The notes: generated by a model from the letters alone, not told the origin. Positions 38,715 to 52,028 are shown, counted from the first letter of the stretch. The stretch: DNA of 64,000 nt from Haliotis cracherodii (GCF_022045235.1 NW_027266264.1:70060001-70124000); one strand, 5' to 3'. Program-made: numbers and translations.

Positions 38715-39315
38715 CCCTTTGTTAGACCCACTTAGTGATGAAACTGATATGATATGCCCTGTGTTAGACCCAGTTATTGATGAAACTGATATTTCAGGCC
38801 CTGTGTTAGACCTAGTTATTGATGAAATTGATACAATATGCTCTGTGTTAGACCCAGTTATTGATGAAACTGATACAATATGCCCTGTGTTAGACCCAGT
38901 TATTGACGAAACTGATATTTCAGGCCCTGTGTTAGACCTAGTTATTGATGAAAGTGATATGATAGACCATGTGTTAGATCCAGGTTTTGTAGCTTACATG
39001 GTAGGCCGTGTGTTTGACACAGTTATTGATGCTGGCATGACAGTTATTGACGGAACTAATGGCAGGCCCCTTGACAGACCCCGATATTGATGCTTGTTAG
39101 ACTCCGTGGTTGATGACACTGGCAGGATCAATGTTAGGACAAGTTACTGATGCTCATATAACAGGCCTGCGTTAGACCAAGTTATTGATGACACTGCTAT
39201 AACAAAACTGGTGTTAGACCCGGCTATTGGTGACACTGTCAGTATCAGCGTTAGACCAGTGTCATGCTCATATGCCAGGCTATATGTTAGACCCAGTTAC
39301 TACCATGACACTGAT
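38715..39315. repeat. 42-bp minisatellite (gtgttagacccagttattgatgaaactgatatgatatgccct), degenerate distally
   Basis: Periodicity; source of the 14-aa repeat ORF at 38680-39090. Confidence 0.85.
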
Positions 39316-40470
39316 AGGAAGTCAAGGCTAACTAGGGAAATGAAAGTTTTCATGTCGCGAATATTGACATGGATTTTTCAAATATATACCAAACGTGTAC
39401 GGGGGATGGCTACAAAGTTTCCAGCCTAACTGCATTGACGAGTTGGTTGTATTTTACTTAATACATACAAAACAATTGTACAATACATGCATATACTTCA
39501 TCGTTGGGCTGAGAACCTTTCCGCCACCCCCTGCACATGCTTAATGCAGCGTGGCAGACAATAATTGCACTAAATTCAATGAAATTGAGAAACAACTCGA
39601 CTTTGACATATTTGTTGAGAGTAGCAAAGAACTGTTTCTCTGTACGTGCGGGAACCAAGAGCTGCTATTATGATACACGCAACAGCCGGTACTAGCCGCC
39701 TTTCATATTTAGCAGGATTGTCAGTGATGTATATTTCAGCTTCAAACTATCGACCCGGCAGGCAGAGATAGTCAGAAAGTACGGAGCCACGTCTACTCGT
39801 ATCCGCAGGCTGTTTGTACTAAATACAATATTTGTGTTATATACCGTAATGGTACAGATCTGTACCACTTGACTTATCATGTTATGTGGGTGTATCTGTT
39901 GTATCAAGGTGTATCATCAGGAGGTTATACATGTTTATAACGACGTACAAAGCCGTGTCACCATCACGTTGTGGAGATCAGTGTCTATGCTGTAGTGTAG
40001 TCGGGGCGACGAGAGACGCCTTAAGCATATTAAATCATTTCACTTATTTCTTCCACACTGTCAACATTCGGGGATACTTTCAACATCTTCTCAACCACTT
40101 TTCCTTTTCGATCGTTTTTTATTGATCGCGAGTACTTACGGGGACAGCTAGAGGCCTTATCAAATTACAGGCCTCATGGTAAACTGCCCATTACCCGCCA
40201 TTAAGAGCCCTTGTGGCCCGACGGACTGCTTCTCCTCTCAAAGACATGTATATTTTATAAACTGGGGCTGATCCCCGCGGCCTTTGACACCTCGACACTC
40301 AGTTCTTATACTTAATAAAACAGCCTACACTCACTAATTGCACAGCTGAAAAATATTTTTAATGAAACACCATGCACTCACTAACTGCACAGCTGAAAAA
40401 TATTGTCAATAAAACACCATACCATAGTTTCTCTCTGTACTCATTTGACCGGTGTCAATATAGGTACCAC

Positions 40471-40858
40471 TGCCTCCGTGGTCTTGTGGTAGAGCGGAAG
40501 CTCGGGGTTAGATCCCCGGTCGCGTCATACCAAAAGACGTTAAAAAATGGTTCTTGTTGTTACCCTGCCTGGCGCTCAGCATCAAGGGGATAAAACAGGG
40601 ACTGGTCGGCTCAGAGTCAGTATACTGTGTCTGAGTGTGGTATTCANNNNNNNNNNNNNNNNNNNNNNNNNNNNNNNNNNNNNNNNNNNNNNNNNNNNNN
40701 NNNNNNNNNNNNNNNNNNNNNNNNNNNNNNNNNNNNNNNNNNNNNNNNNNNNNNNNNNNNNNNNNNNNNNNNNNNNNNNNNNNNNNNNNNNNNNNNNNNN
40801 NNNCGCTATATAAGCGCAATAATCTTGAACGCGAAGTTAAACCCCATTTCGACTCACC
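40471..40858 (+). mobile_element. MetaSINE-type SINE (family C) spanning an assembly gap
   Basis: Head and Meta block left of the N-run, tail right of it. Confidence 0.85.
40647..40803. other. Assembly gap (157 N)
   Basis: Direct. Confidence 1.
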
Positions 40859-41130
40859 TGTACACATTTTCGAGTTGCCCTCGATGTTTGTATACAGGAA
40901 GCATGCCACGTTATCAATACTCAGGTCATGAAAAACATAACGAGGTTTCACTTTTTTAAATCAGTCTTGCATATAATGAACGGTCGCCACGAATAGCGGA
41001 TGTGTGCTGATGCGGCAGGAAACTATACTCGCTCACTTTATCACTTAAGGCAAGGTAGATAGGAGTGCCTTGGAGCGCGTGTCACTCAGTTGTGCAGGGA
41101 ACGGCTCCACAAGCTGATCGCAGCGCTACG

Positions 41131-41405
41131 TTGAGTTGAGTTGGGTTAACGCCGCTTTTAACAGTATTCCAGTCATATCACGGCGTGTCAGCTTAATGTG
41201 GGAGGAAAGCCCGAAGTGATGCAGGTCTCAGACGTTTACCACTTCGGTGAAACCCACGAGCACGGTATGGTGCTGACAAACCTAGAAACATAATCGGGGC
41301 GAACCGGGATTCGAACCCACAATCATAGGTTTCTGGCGTGCCCAAGGGACGCAACTCTGCACAACGAATCGCGGCGCCTTAGACGACTGGGCCCCCCGTG
41401 CCCCC
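41131..41405 (-). mobile_element. tRNA-derived SINE family B, full length
   Basis: TSD tcgcagcgctacg / tcgcagggctacg; inserted in a MITE-like element ending tttgcaacggcgcc. Confidence 0.95.
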
Positions 41406-41433
41406 TCGCAGGGCTACGGCAGTCGTAAGTCTA

Positions 41434-41600
41434 CGTTACGATCACCTTGGCGTTACGATCACCTTGGCGTTACGATCACTTTAGCGTTACGATCACCTTG
41501 GCGTTCAGATCACCTTGGCGTTACGGTCACCTTAGCGTTACGATCACCTTAGCGTTACGATCACCTTAGCGTTACGATCACCTTAGCGTTACGATCACTT
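41434..41600. repeat. 17-bp minisatellite (cgttacgatcaccttgg), about 10 copies
   Basis: Direct. Confidence 0.92.
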
Positions 41601-42377
41601 TTTGCAACGGCGCCTAGGTCTACAGATATAATTACCTATAAACAACCATAATCATTTCAGGAATACCCTTCTGATCTACTGCTATGTTAAAATGTATGAT
41701 ATTAAAACTATTAGTTACTTATTAATAATATATTAAGGCAAGTAAAATATCAATTCACCTTTTGTTCCCATAAATAGATGTTCATTTTAGATCTTATTGA
41801 GATAACTTTCTTTAAAAAAATCAATTGTGTTACGTTAACCCAGCTTATGACAGTTTATATATATACGCACCCAGGGCCCCGGTGCCAGTCTACATGGCCC
41901 TTGTTGAGGACCTCTATCGACAGGTGGTGATCTTTCACAGGGTTGTCCCTGGAAGCTAATTAAGTGTCAACCCACGGAGTTGTGGAGCTGACGTGTTTTA
42001 TAATGGAATAACAGTTCCACAGAAACTCAATATTGCTTCAAACAACCTTTGCCTCGGAAATGTATTATGCAAGAGTGTGTGTTTTAATCAACGCAGTTTC
42101 ATGTTTGTCCTTCACGGTTTAACTTTTTTGTCCAGTCACTGATCACCCAATTATCTTGATGGTACATCTCATGCGACATCCGTGTGCGTTATATGCATCA
42201 CCAGATAGCTGCCCCGTTCATCAGACGTGGAGAGAACACCCACGCAGAATTTCAATAGTGGCGAATTCACTGCAGCCATACAATCATTAGTTTAGGGTCT
42301 TGCATTTGTTGTATGGTGTTAGAACCTACACCAAAACGTCGCTCCTAATTGTAATATAGAAAATCTTCATCCATATA

Positions 42378-42653
42378 GGGGGTACGGGTGGCCCAGTCGT
42401 CCAAGGCGCCGCGATTCGTTGTGCAGAGTTGCGTCCCTTAGGCGAACCAGAACCCTATGGTTGTGGGTTCGAATCCCGGTTTGCCCCGATTATGTTTCTA
42501 GGGTTGTCATCACCATACCCGTGCTCGTGGGTTTCACCGAAGTGGTAAACGTCTGAGACCTGCATCACTTCGGGCTTTACTCCCACATTAAGCTGACACG
42601 CCGCGATATAACTGGAATACTGTTAAAAGCGGCGTTAAACACAACTCACTCAC
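42378..42653 (+). mobile_element. tRNA(Leu)-like SINE family B, reference copy
   Basis: A box tggcccagtcg at 42389, B box ggttcgaatccc at 42466, LINE-type tail; 11-bp TSD tcatccatata. Confidence 0.95.
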
Positions 42654-43339
42654 TCATCCATATATGTTATCCGTGTAAACGGAGATATAGATTTGTATGT
42701 ATGAAAGGCCAAACGACCCATTTTATATAGAGAGTTACAATATACATTCGACTCATCTCGTGTCTTAGAGGCATATATGAGATATGTGGCTAGTTTAATA
42801 CTTGCATCTTGTTGCGATGGTGCTTGCACTCATATAGTACACATAAGCTGATACGTGTAACCGTAATATGAATGTATGTTGATATGTCAGGAATCATTAT
42901 GATCTATATTTATTCGTGATAAAGATAATATTCCTGATAAATCTACACGCATACACTTGTGATCGGTCCACACGCAGCCCCGATAACAGAATTAGGCGAG
43001 GTGTGTAGGTGGATCAGATGCAGACAGACTCACGATACATTTATAAAACCGAAGATTTTTCTGACATATTGACATTTTAATACCACTTACTCAAGTGGCC
43101 AGACATGTGTCACGTGGCAGCCTTGTCTCTCACATTCCGTGCTGTCGTTGTAATTGTATTAGGGACGCTTATTCAGGTACATTTATTGTATTTCGTGTTC
43201 TTTTTTTAGTCGACCCAAAATAAATGTATAAAACTGATGGAGACTTGAACCGATGTTGCAGGTACTCTTTAGGAAATAAGTGCAAACAAGAATAAAGTAA
43301 CGTCGCTTAGAATTGATGCCATCTAACATCTCTGTTGTA

Positions 43340-43578
43340 TTTTGTTTGTTTGTTGTTTAACGCCGCAGTCGGCAATAGTCCAGCTATATGACGTCGGTCT
43401 GTAAATAATTGAGTCTGTATCAGACAATCCAGTGATTGATATGAGCATCGAAATACGCAACTGGGATACAATGACATTCATCAACCGAGTCAGCGAGTCT
43501 GAGCACCCGATCCTGTTAGTCGCCTCTAACGGCAAGTATGGGTTGCAAAAGACTAATTCTAATCCGGATCTTCACGGG
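43340..43578 (-). mobile_element. SINE-like family D, single-module subtype
   Basis: Homology to the 53688 copy. Confidence 0.9.
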
Positions 43579-44244
43579 AGTGAATCCTGTTTAGTTACTG
43601 ATTTTATTACTCCAGCGTGTAACAAACACAATAAATACATTGAAATTTCGTTACTCGAAATCTGTCTTATCTGAAACTACGGTCTAAAACCGACACTCCA
43701 ACTGTCTCGAACTACGGTTTAGTCGATATATTTTCGATGGCCCAAGAACTTCGAGTTAAGTATTAGATGTACATTGCAAAGGGTATACCGTCCCTTGACC
43801 AATCGATTGGCAGGCTAATCATGATACAGGAGTATTGCACTAATACTAGTTACACACATAACGCTAATAGCTTTTAATACACGTCGATGCAGTGCTTGTC
43901 CTTTGGGAATATCCTTTATACGCCATGCCCTTCAATGGTACTGACATCAACACTCAGTGATACTGAGTAAACAAATCTTGGATATACCGCAAGAGCGACG
44001 TTACGACATAGATACGTATACCGTTTTCAAGAAAGACAGCAACAACAATTATCATACTTGAGAGGGATTAATATGAGTATAATGAGAAGTTATCATCCGT
44101 CGTCCAACAATTCAGAGTGATACTTCTTTGTTTTCGTTTTTATTTATGACTGTATAGCAGCTGGTTATGTAATACGTGTCTGGACTCGTTATTAATGTGT
44201 CACTGCCATAGAAATGTGTGATAGATTTGGGTAACTTCATAACT

Positions 44245-44722
44245 TGTGTATTCTGTCATCGAAACATGTGTAGTCTCTCATCACAACATGTGTAGTCCGT
44301 AATCACAACACGTGTAGTCTGTCACCACAACACGTGCATTCTAGCATCACAACACGTTTAGTCTGTCATCATAACATGTGCATTCTGGCAGCACAATACG
44401 TGTAGTCTGTCATCACAACACGTATAGTATGTCATCACAACATATGTAGTCTGTCATCACAGGGGCGGTCGGGTAGCCTAGTTGTTAAAGCATTCGCTCG
44501 TCACGTCGAAGACCCGGGTTCGATTCCCGACATGGGTACAATGTGTGAAGCCCATTTCTGGTGTCCCCCGCCGTGATATTGCTGGAATATTGCTAAAAGC
44601 GGCGTAAAACCATATTCACTCACTCACTGTCATCACAACACGTGTAGTCTGTCATCACAACATGTGTATAGTCTGTCATCCCAACATATGCATTCTGGCG
44701 GCACAACACGTGTAGTCTGTCG
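44245..44722. repeat. 22-bp degenerate minisatellite (tgtagtctgtcatcacaacacg) interrupted by a SINE
   Basis: Direct. Confidence 0.85.
44462..44626 (+). mobile_element. SINE family A
   Basis: Full length; TSD ctgtcatcaca. Confidence 0.95.
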
Positions 44723-45204
44723 CCCGAACATGTGAGCTCACAGTCCAAACTTGCATCCCACATCAAACCGTGACTTTTGACTTGACCCCCACCACCTTCC
44801 CCAAGTGTATGCAAAGGCCCGACCCTTCTGGTTGTGTCCCCTAGGATGATATCGATGTGTACATAAATGCACGTCAACAGCATTACCCCGGCGGATGTGA
44901 GGAACATACATTATTCCCCGTCTCGAGGGAGACGAAACACGATCTGGCATCGCCATAGACGTGACAGCAGCATGAAGGACAAGGCCGAACAGGCTGTTAT
45001 ACAGAATCTATAACTGTTTTTACGCAATGACAGAAAGTAATTGTAGTGGCAGGATGTTGCCTCGTACACATGCATTATATACATTGTGTTGGTATTGGAA
45101 TATTGGTGCATATCGTCGGTGCTGTCTACCTGAGACGTATATGTCAAATGATATGTTGTTCAGTAGTCAACCATTGTTGATGAGCGTGTCTAGAACATTG
45201 TACT

Positions 45205-45990
45205 GTCAGCCATTGCTGGTATTAGTTTATGTGGTGCTCCAGTCATCCATTGCCAGTATTGGTGTCTATGGTACATCAGTCAGCCTTTGTTGGTATTAGT
45301 GTCTGTGTTACTTCAGTCAGCCATGCTGATATTAGTCTCTGGGATACTTCCGTTAGCCATTGCTGGTATTAGTATCTGTGGTGCTCCAGTCATCCATTGC
45401 CACTAGTGGTGTCTATGGTACATCAGTCAGCCTTTGTTGGTATTAGTGTCTGTGTTACTTCAGTCAGCCATGCTGATATTAGTCTCTGGGATACTTCCGT
45501 TAGCCATTGCTGGTATTAGTATCTGTGGTGCTCCAGACATCCCTTGCCACTATTGGTGTCTATGGTACATCAGTCAGCCTTTGTTGGTATTAGTGTCTGT
45601 GTTACTTCAGTCAGCCATGCTGATATTAGTCTCTGGGATACTTCCGTTAGCCATTGCTGGTATTAGTATCTGTGGTGCTCCAGACATCCCTTGCCACTAT
45701 TGGTGTCTATGGTACATCAGTCAACCTTTGTTGGTATTAGTGTCTGTGTTACTTCAGTGAGCCATGCTGATACTAGTCTCTGGGATACTTCAGTTAGCCA
45801 TTGCTGGTATTAGTATCTGTGGTGCTCCAGACATCCATTGCCACTATTGGTGTCTGTGATACATCAGTCAGCCTTTGTTGATGAGCGTGTCTATAACATT
45901 GAAAGCCAGCCATTTTTGGTATTAGTATCTGTGGTGCTCCAGTGATTCATTGACGGCATTGGTGTCTGTGATATTCCAGTCAATCATTAT
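45205..45990. repeat. 147-bp higher-order repeat of four ~37-bp subunits, about 5 copies
   Basis: gtggtgctccag at 45231, 45378 and 45525. Confidence 0.9.
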
Positions 45991-46155
45991 TGGTATTAAT
46001 GTCTGTTATACTCCCGTCATCCATTGTTGGTAATAGTGTCTGTGTTTTATACTCCAGTCCGCCATTGTTTATATCAGTTTCTATTATACTCCAGTTAGTA
46101 TTTATTGGTATTTGTGTCTGTCGAAAACAGTCAGTGATTATGGGTATTTGTGTCT

Positions 46156-46315
46156 GGGGCGGTGGGGTAGCCTTGTGGTTAAGCGTTCGCTCTTCACGCT
46201 GAAGACCCGGGTTCGATTCCCCTCAATGGGTACAATGTGTGTAACCTATTTCCGGTGTCCCCCGCCGTGATATTGCTGGAATATTGCTAAAAGCGGCGTA
46301 AACAAATTTCTATAC
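46156..46315 (+). mobile_element. SINE family A
   Basis: Full length; TSD tatttgtgtct. Confidence 0.92.
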
Positions 46316-48262
46316 TATTTGTGTCTGCCGCACGATAGTCAGTATTTATGAGTATTTGTGTCTGCCACACAACAGTCAGCGATTATTGGTATTTGTGTCT
46401 GCCGCGCTACAGTCAGTGATTATTGGTATTTGTGTCTGCCGCGCTACAGTCAGTGATTATTGGTATTTGTGTCTGCCGCGCTACAGTCAGTGATTATTGG
46501 TATTTGTGTCTGCCACACAACAGTCATTGATTATTGGTATTTGTGTCTGCCACACAACAGTCATTGATTATTGGTATTTGTGTCTGCCACACAACAGTCA
46601 GTGATTGTTGGTATTTGTGTCTGCCGTGCTACAGTCAGTGATTATTGGTATTTGTGTCTCCCACACAACAGTCATTGATTATTGGTTTTTGTGTCTGCCG
46701 CTCTACAGTCAGTGATTATTGGTATTTGTGTCTGCCACACAACAGTCAGTGATTATTGGTATTTGTGTCTGCCACACAACAGTCATTGATTATTGGTATT
46801 TGTGTCTGCCGTGCTACAGTCAGTGATTATTGGCATTTGTGTCTGCCACACAACAGTCAGTGATTATTGGTATTTGTGTCTGCCACACAACAGTCAGTGA
46901 TTATTTGTATTTGTGTCTGCCACACAACAGTCATTGATTATTGGTATTTGTGTCTGCCGCGCTACAGTCAGTGATTATTGGTATTTGTGTCTGCCACACA
47001 ACAGTCAGTGATTATTGGTATTTGTGTCTGCCACACAACAGTCAGTGATTATTGGTATTTGTGTCTGCCGTGCTACAGTCAGTGATTATTGGTATTTGTG
47101 TCTCCCACACAACAGTCAGTGATTATTGGTATTTGTGTCTGCCGCGCTACAGTCAGTGATTATTGGTATTTGTGTCTGCCACAAAACTGTCAGTGATTAT
47201 TGGTATTTGTGTCTGCCGCGCTACAGTTGATATTTATCCGTGTTCATGTCTGCTGTACTACAGTTAGTATTAATTGGTGTTGACATCTCCCATACTGCAG
47301 TTATTATTTATAGGCAAGGATGTCTGTCGTACAACAGTTATTGATTATTGGTATTGATGTCTGCCGTACTACAGTTAGTATTTACTGGTATTGATATCTG
47401 TCGTACTACAGTTAGTATTTACTGGTATTGATATCTGTCGTACAACAGTTAGTATTTACTGGTATTGATGTCTGTCGTACTACAGTTAGTATTTACTGGA
47501 ATTGATATCCGTCGTACTACAGTTAGTATATACTGATACTGATGTCTGTCGTACTACAGTTAGTATTTACTGGTACTGATGTCTGTCGTACTACAGTTAG
47601 TATTTACTGGTATTGATGTCTGTCGTACTACAGTTAGTATTTACTGGTGTTGATGTCTGCCGTACTACAGTTAGTATTTACTGGTACTGATGTCTGTCGG
47701 ACTACAGTAAGTATTTATTGGTATTGATGTCTGTCGTACTACAGTTAGTATTTACTGGTATTGATGTCTGTCGTACTACAGTTAGTATGTACTGGTATTG
47801 ATGTCTGTCGTACTGCAGTTAGTATGTACTGGTATTGATGTCTGCCGTACTACAGTTAGTATTTACTGGTATTGATGTCTGCCGTACTACAGTCAGTATT
47901 GGTATTTGTGTCTGCTGTGCTACAGCCACTGATTATTGATATTTTTGTTTGCAACACTACTGTCAGTATTTATATGCATTGGTGTCTGCCGTACTACGGT
48001 TAGTATTTACTGGTATTGATGTCTGTCGCACTACAGTTAGTATTTATTGGTATTGATATCTGTCGTACTACAGTTAGTATTTACTGGTATTGATGTCTGT
48101 CGTACTACAGTTAGTATTTACTGGTTTTGATGTCTGCCGTACTACAGTCAATATTGGTATTTGTGTCTGCTGTGCTACAGCCACTGATTATTGATATTTT
48201 TGTTTGTAACACTACTATCAGTATTTATATGCATTGGTATCTGCCGTACTACAGTTAGTATT
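46316..48262. repeat. 37-bp satellite in two sub-arrays (tatttgtgtctgccacacaacagtcagtgattattgg to about 47225; tattgatgtctgtcgtactacagttagtatttactgg after)
   Basis: Direct periodicity. Confidence 0.95.
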
Positions 48263-48449
48263 TCTAGGCGCTTGTGGCTGCCCTACTATGGTATATACTT
48301 ATTGGCCAAGGCCTCGCGACACCGTTGCTTGCGCATTGTTTTGGTCATGGTGAAAGTGTAATTACAGATTACAGCATAAACCTGTATGTGTTGATGTCAC
48401 GCTACAACAGACATGCCACATGCAAAACTCAAGTGAGTGTGCAGGGCCT

Positions 48450-49310
48450 TCCTACACAATACTATTGCTGTGTTCTATACAAGCAGCAACAATTGCTTCT
48501 GGAACATTTACCCACGATATACACAATACTATTGCTGTGTTCTATACAAGCAGCAACAATTGCTTCTGGAACATTTACCCACCATATACACACTACTATT
48601 GTTGTGTCCTATAGAAGCACCTACAATTGTTTCTGGAACGTTTACCCACTATATACATAATGCTATTGCTGTGGCCTATAGAAGCACCTGCAAGTGTGTC
48701 TGGCACATTTACTCATTGAAAATAATATTGCTGTGGCCTATAGAAGCACCTACAAGTGTGTCTGGCACATTTACTCATTCAAAATACTATTGTTGGGGCC
48801 TATAGAAGCACCTACAAGTGTGTCTGGCACATTTAATCATTCAAAATAGAATTTTTGTGGCCTATGGAAGCACCTACAAGTGTGTCTGGCACATTTACTC
48901 ATTCAAAATAGTATTGCTGTGGCCTATAGAAGCACCAACAAGTGTGTCTGGCACATTTACCCATTCAAAATACTATTGCTGTGGCCTATAGAAGCACATA
49001 CACGTGTGTCTGGCACATTTACTCATTCAAAATACTATTGCTGTGGCCTATAGAAGCACCTACAAGTGTGTCTGGCACATTTACTTATTCAAAATAGTAT
49101 TGCTGTGGCCTATAGAAGCACCTACAAGTGTGTCTGGCACATTTACTCATTCAAAATACTATTGTTGGGGCCTATAGAAGCACCTACAAGTGTGTCTGGC
49201 ACATTTACTCATTCAAAATACTATTGCTGTGGCCTATAGAAGCACCTACAAGTGTGTCTGGCACATTTACTCATTCAAAATAGTATTGCTGTGGCCCATC
49301 GTAGCACCAA
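48450..49310. repeat. 62-bp minisatellite (first units about 67 bp)
   Basis: ctatagaagc at 48676 and 48738. Confidence 0.92.
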
Positions 49311-50050
49311 CGGATGTGTCAGGCTCACTAGGCCTGACTACGGTTATCTATAGGAGGGTAAGCATCTACAGGCACTACCTCCGTTACCTCTTTTACAGTC
49401 AACTTCAGTTGGAACCATCTCAGCATCTCCTATGTTAGGCACGTTACTCTGATGGCTTTTCAAATAGACGCGGGGCCACTTTGCAGAGTAAAGGGTAATT
49501 GAGTTTCTAACATTCACCAAGACGCCACTCTACACACGTAATCGTATAGGTGCTCGTGTAGCTGTAATGAAGAGTCCGATGTCCACTCGTCAAGTATCAC
49601 GATATCACGTCAGCTGATGTTGTCGTTATGGTGTAGTTGTTTACTAGGATGTAGAAGTAGTTGCAGTAGTACTAGGACAGGCACCGCTGTTGCATTTTTC
49701 TGATATCTGAAATGCTGTTGATGGCGATACTGAAGATATGTTAGTGAGTGAGTATGGTTTAACGCCATTTTTTTCGCAACAATCCGGCTTGTGGGAAACG
49801 AAACAGGACCTTCGGCGTGCCGAGCTAACACATTCACCACGGTAACAGGTGTTTTATGTATCATGTATCATGTATCATGTATCACGGAATGGTCCTCCAT
49901 CTATGAAGGGCGGATAGAACGAAAATACAGTGACATACACGCTTTATAATCAGGTCGGGTTTTTACCGAGAAACTCATTTGACGTGATGTATTTGGAAAG
50001 CTAGTGACTTGTATTATGAACGCAGTGGTAGTGAGGTCTGTAGGATTACA

Positions 50051-50219
50051 GGGGCGGTCGGGTAGCCTTGTGGTTAAAGCGTTCGCTCGTCACGCTGAAG
50101 CCCCGTGTTCGATTCCCGACATGGGTACAATGTGTGAAGCCCATTTCTGGTGTCCCCCGCTGTGATATTGCTGGAATATTGCTAAAAGCGGCGTAAAACC
50201 ATACTCACTCACTAACTCA
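50051..50219 (+). mobile_element. SINE family A
   Basis: Full length; TSD ctgtaggattaca. Confidence 0.95.
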
Positions 50220-50522
50220 CTGTAGGATTACAACAGTAGATTAATGTATTGGTCTCTTTCTATGATATAGGGAAACCTCTGTTTATTCATCATCAGTTGT
50301 CTCTTTTAAGAGTTTTGGATGAAGAATTGCACATAATTGTCGTTTCACGACCTCCTGGTGTCAGTGATCCAATTATATAATTTTCATCGCTATTTTGCCT
50401 TTACGCTCAATGTAATCCGTGTCGTCGGATAATCGAGACTGGTTAGTCTGGTGTTGAATGGTATAAGCATTATATCAGTAAACGTACCACAAGCCTGAGA
50501 TAAGTATGTTTCCTCTTTTCAG

Positions 50523-50576
50523 TTGGTGATCCTGAAAACATCGATATGAGAAGGGGTGCCGACATCCTCGCCGAAG
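50523..50576 (+). CDS. Candidate coding exon 2 (54 nt, phase 1-1): VGDPENIDMRRGADILAE
   Basis: Acceptor tttcctcttttcag|, donor AAG|gtaact; open only in the phase that matches the 16807 donor. Confidence 0.6.
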
Positions 50577-50964
50577 GTAACTGATCAAGTCGTTTGATCA
50601 AGTGATTGTCTTTCCCCGTCCTAGTCTGTTCCTAAAATGAATTCGAAGAAATGACTATGAGAGAGACATTAGAGATTCCACATCTTTGTCCCTCGATAGC
50701 CCCCTATTGAGGATCGGGTGATAACAGTGCGAGACCCGTCTGTGAGTCTTCGTTGCCCCCACGACGTGGGTCTTTGATCACGCCTCTGACTACTCAGTTT
50801 GCCTTGTCCAAACGCAAGAAAATATAGAACTCTTACGATTACAGTATAAAATGAATTATGGTTTTTATCACGCATTTCTATGTTGTAATTTTGTCGAGTG
50901 ACATTGAGGGATAACTGTTTTGAAACTTAAGGCAGATCATTCTAAATTTTGTCGTTTGTTACAG

Positions 50965-51025
50965 CCAACAATGCATCTGGATCAACAGTGGCTCGACAAA
51001 AGCGGTTTGCGGTGGATATGAACTG
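50965..51025 (+). CDS. Candidate coding exon 3 (61 nt): ANNASGSTVARQKRFAVDMN, with N-glycosylation sequon and furin site
   Basis: Acceptor ttttgtcgtttgttacag|, donor CTG|gtaggt; open in phase 1. Confidence 0.6.
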
Positions 51026-51079
51026 GTAGGTACACATCATCTGCCTGTTGTCATCTCTCCAACATGCCTCGGACATTAT

Positions 51080-51200
51080 CAGGGGTCGGGTTACCAAGGC
51101 GCCTCAATTTGTGTGGGTTTTATCTAATTCTCGGTTCTTCCTGATTATGTTTTTTAGTTTGTCAGCACCATATTCGTGCTGGGGAACAAGGGGAAATTCC
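51080..51200 (+). mobile_element. Diverged SINE family B fragment
   Basis: ccaaggcgcc...gattatgttt..gtttgtcagcaccata..cgtgct. Confidence 0.55.
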
Positions 51201-51659
51201 TCCACAATCCAATCTATGTGCAAATAGGCCATGTTTTGCACAAACGATTCTCAGTGCAAATTGAATATGTTCTTCACATTCAAATCAAGGTGCAAATAGG
51301 GTACTGAATCGAATGTAGGTGCAAACGTGATTAACCCGACTGAACAACTTCAAACTCGTAGTAAGATATTTGACACTGAATGATACCGATAATCTGGTGT
51401 CATCATTGCATCTCTTTCAAATATTAACACGCTTAGAATAAAACCAAACCATATTTCAGTATGTTTACTAAGAAGAAGACCTTCATACCAAATGTTAAAA
51501 TATCAACAGGGGCTCTGATGACTAAGCGTGTCGACTGCAAACAAACGAAAATATTAAAACATGATTTAAAAGTTTAATTTAAATTTAAGTGCTCCCTGTT
51601 ATGCAGAGGAACTAAACAACTACAATATTGTATGACTACTACAGTCGTTCTTGTTTCAG

Positions 51660-51691
51660 GGACAACCACTGAGGGCGTGGTCCTGGAGGAG
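51660..51691 (+). CDS. Candidate 32-nt cassette exon 4
   Basis: Strong acceptor tcgttcttgtttcag|G and consensus donor GAG|gtgagt. Confidence 0.5.
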
Positions 51692-51751
51692 GTGAGTACC
51701 CACTTTTTCCTCGTGAGGAGACGGGCTAATGCAACAGTGATGGTTCTATAA

Positions 51752-52028
51752 GTTTGGTTGTTGGTTTGTTGGTTTGTTGTTTTACGCCGCACTCAGCAAT
51801 ATTGCAGCTATATGACGGCGGTCTGTAAATAATCGAACCTGGACCAGATAATCCAGTGATTAATATCATGAGCATCGATCCACGCAATTAGGATCGATGA
51901 CATGCATCAACCAAGTCAGCGAGCCTGACCACCCGATCCCGTTATTCGCCTTTTACGAAAAGCATAGTCGCTTTTTACGGCAAGCATGGGTTGCTGAAGA
52001 CCTATTCTACCACGGATCTTCACGGGTC
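51752..52028 (-). mobile_element. SINE-like family D, full length
   Basis: Homology; tataagt repeated on both flanks. Confidence 0.93.

Noticed and set aside
38680-39090. Acidic repeat ORF (PVLDPVIDETD) as a possible biomineralisation exon
   Set aside because: Coincides with a 42-bp minisatellite that decays with indels and stops; non-ATG start and no clear splice sites
51515-51550. Hammerhead ribozyme core (CTGATGA...GAAA)
   Set aside because: The intervening sequence cannot form stem II; other CTGANGA hits I checked (15107, 36522, 42217, 57653) also fail
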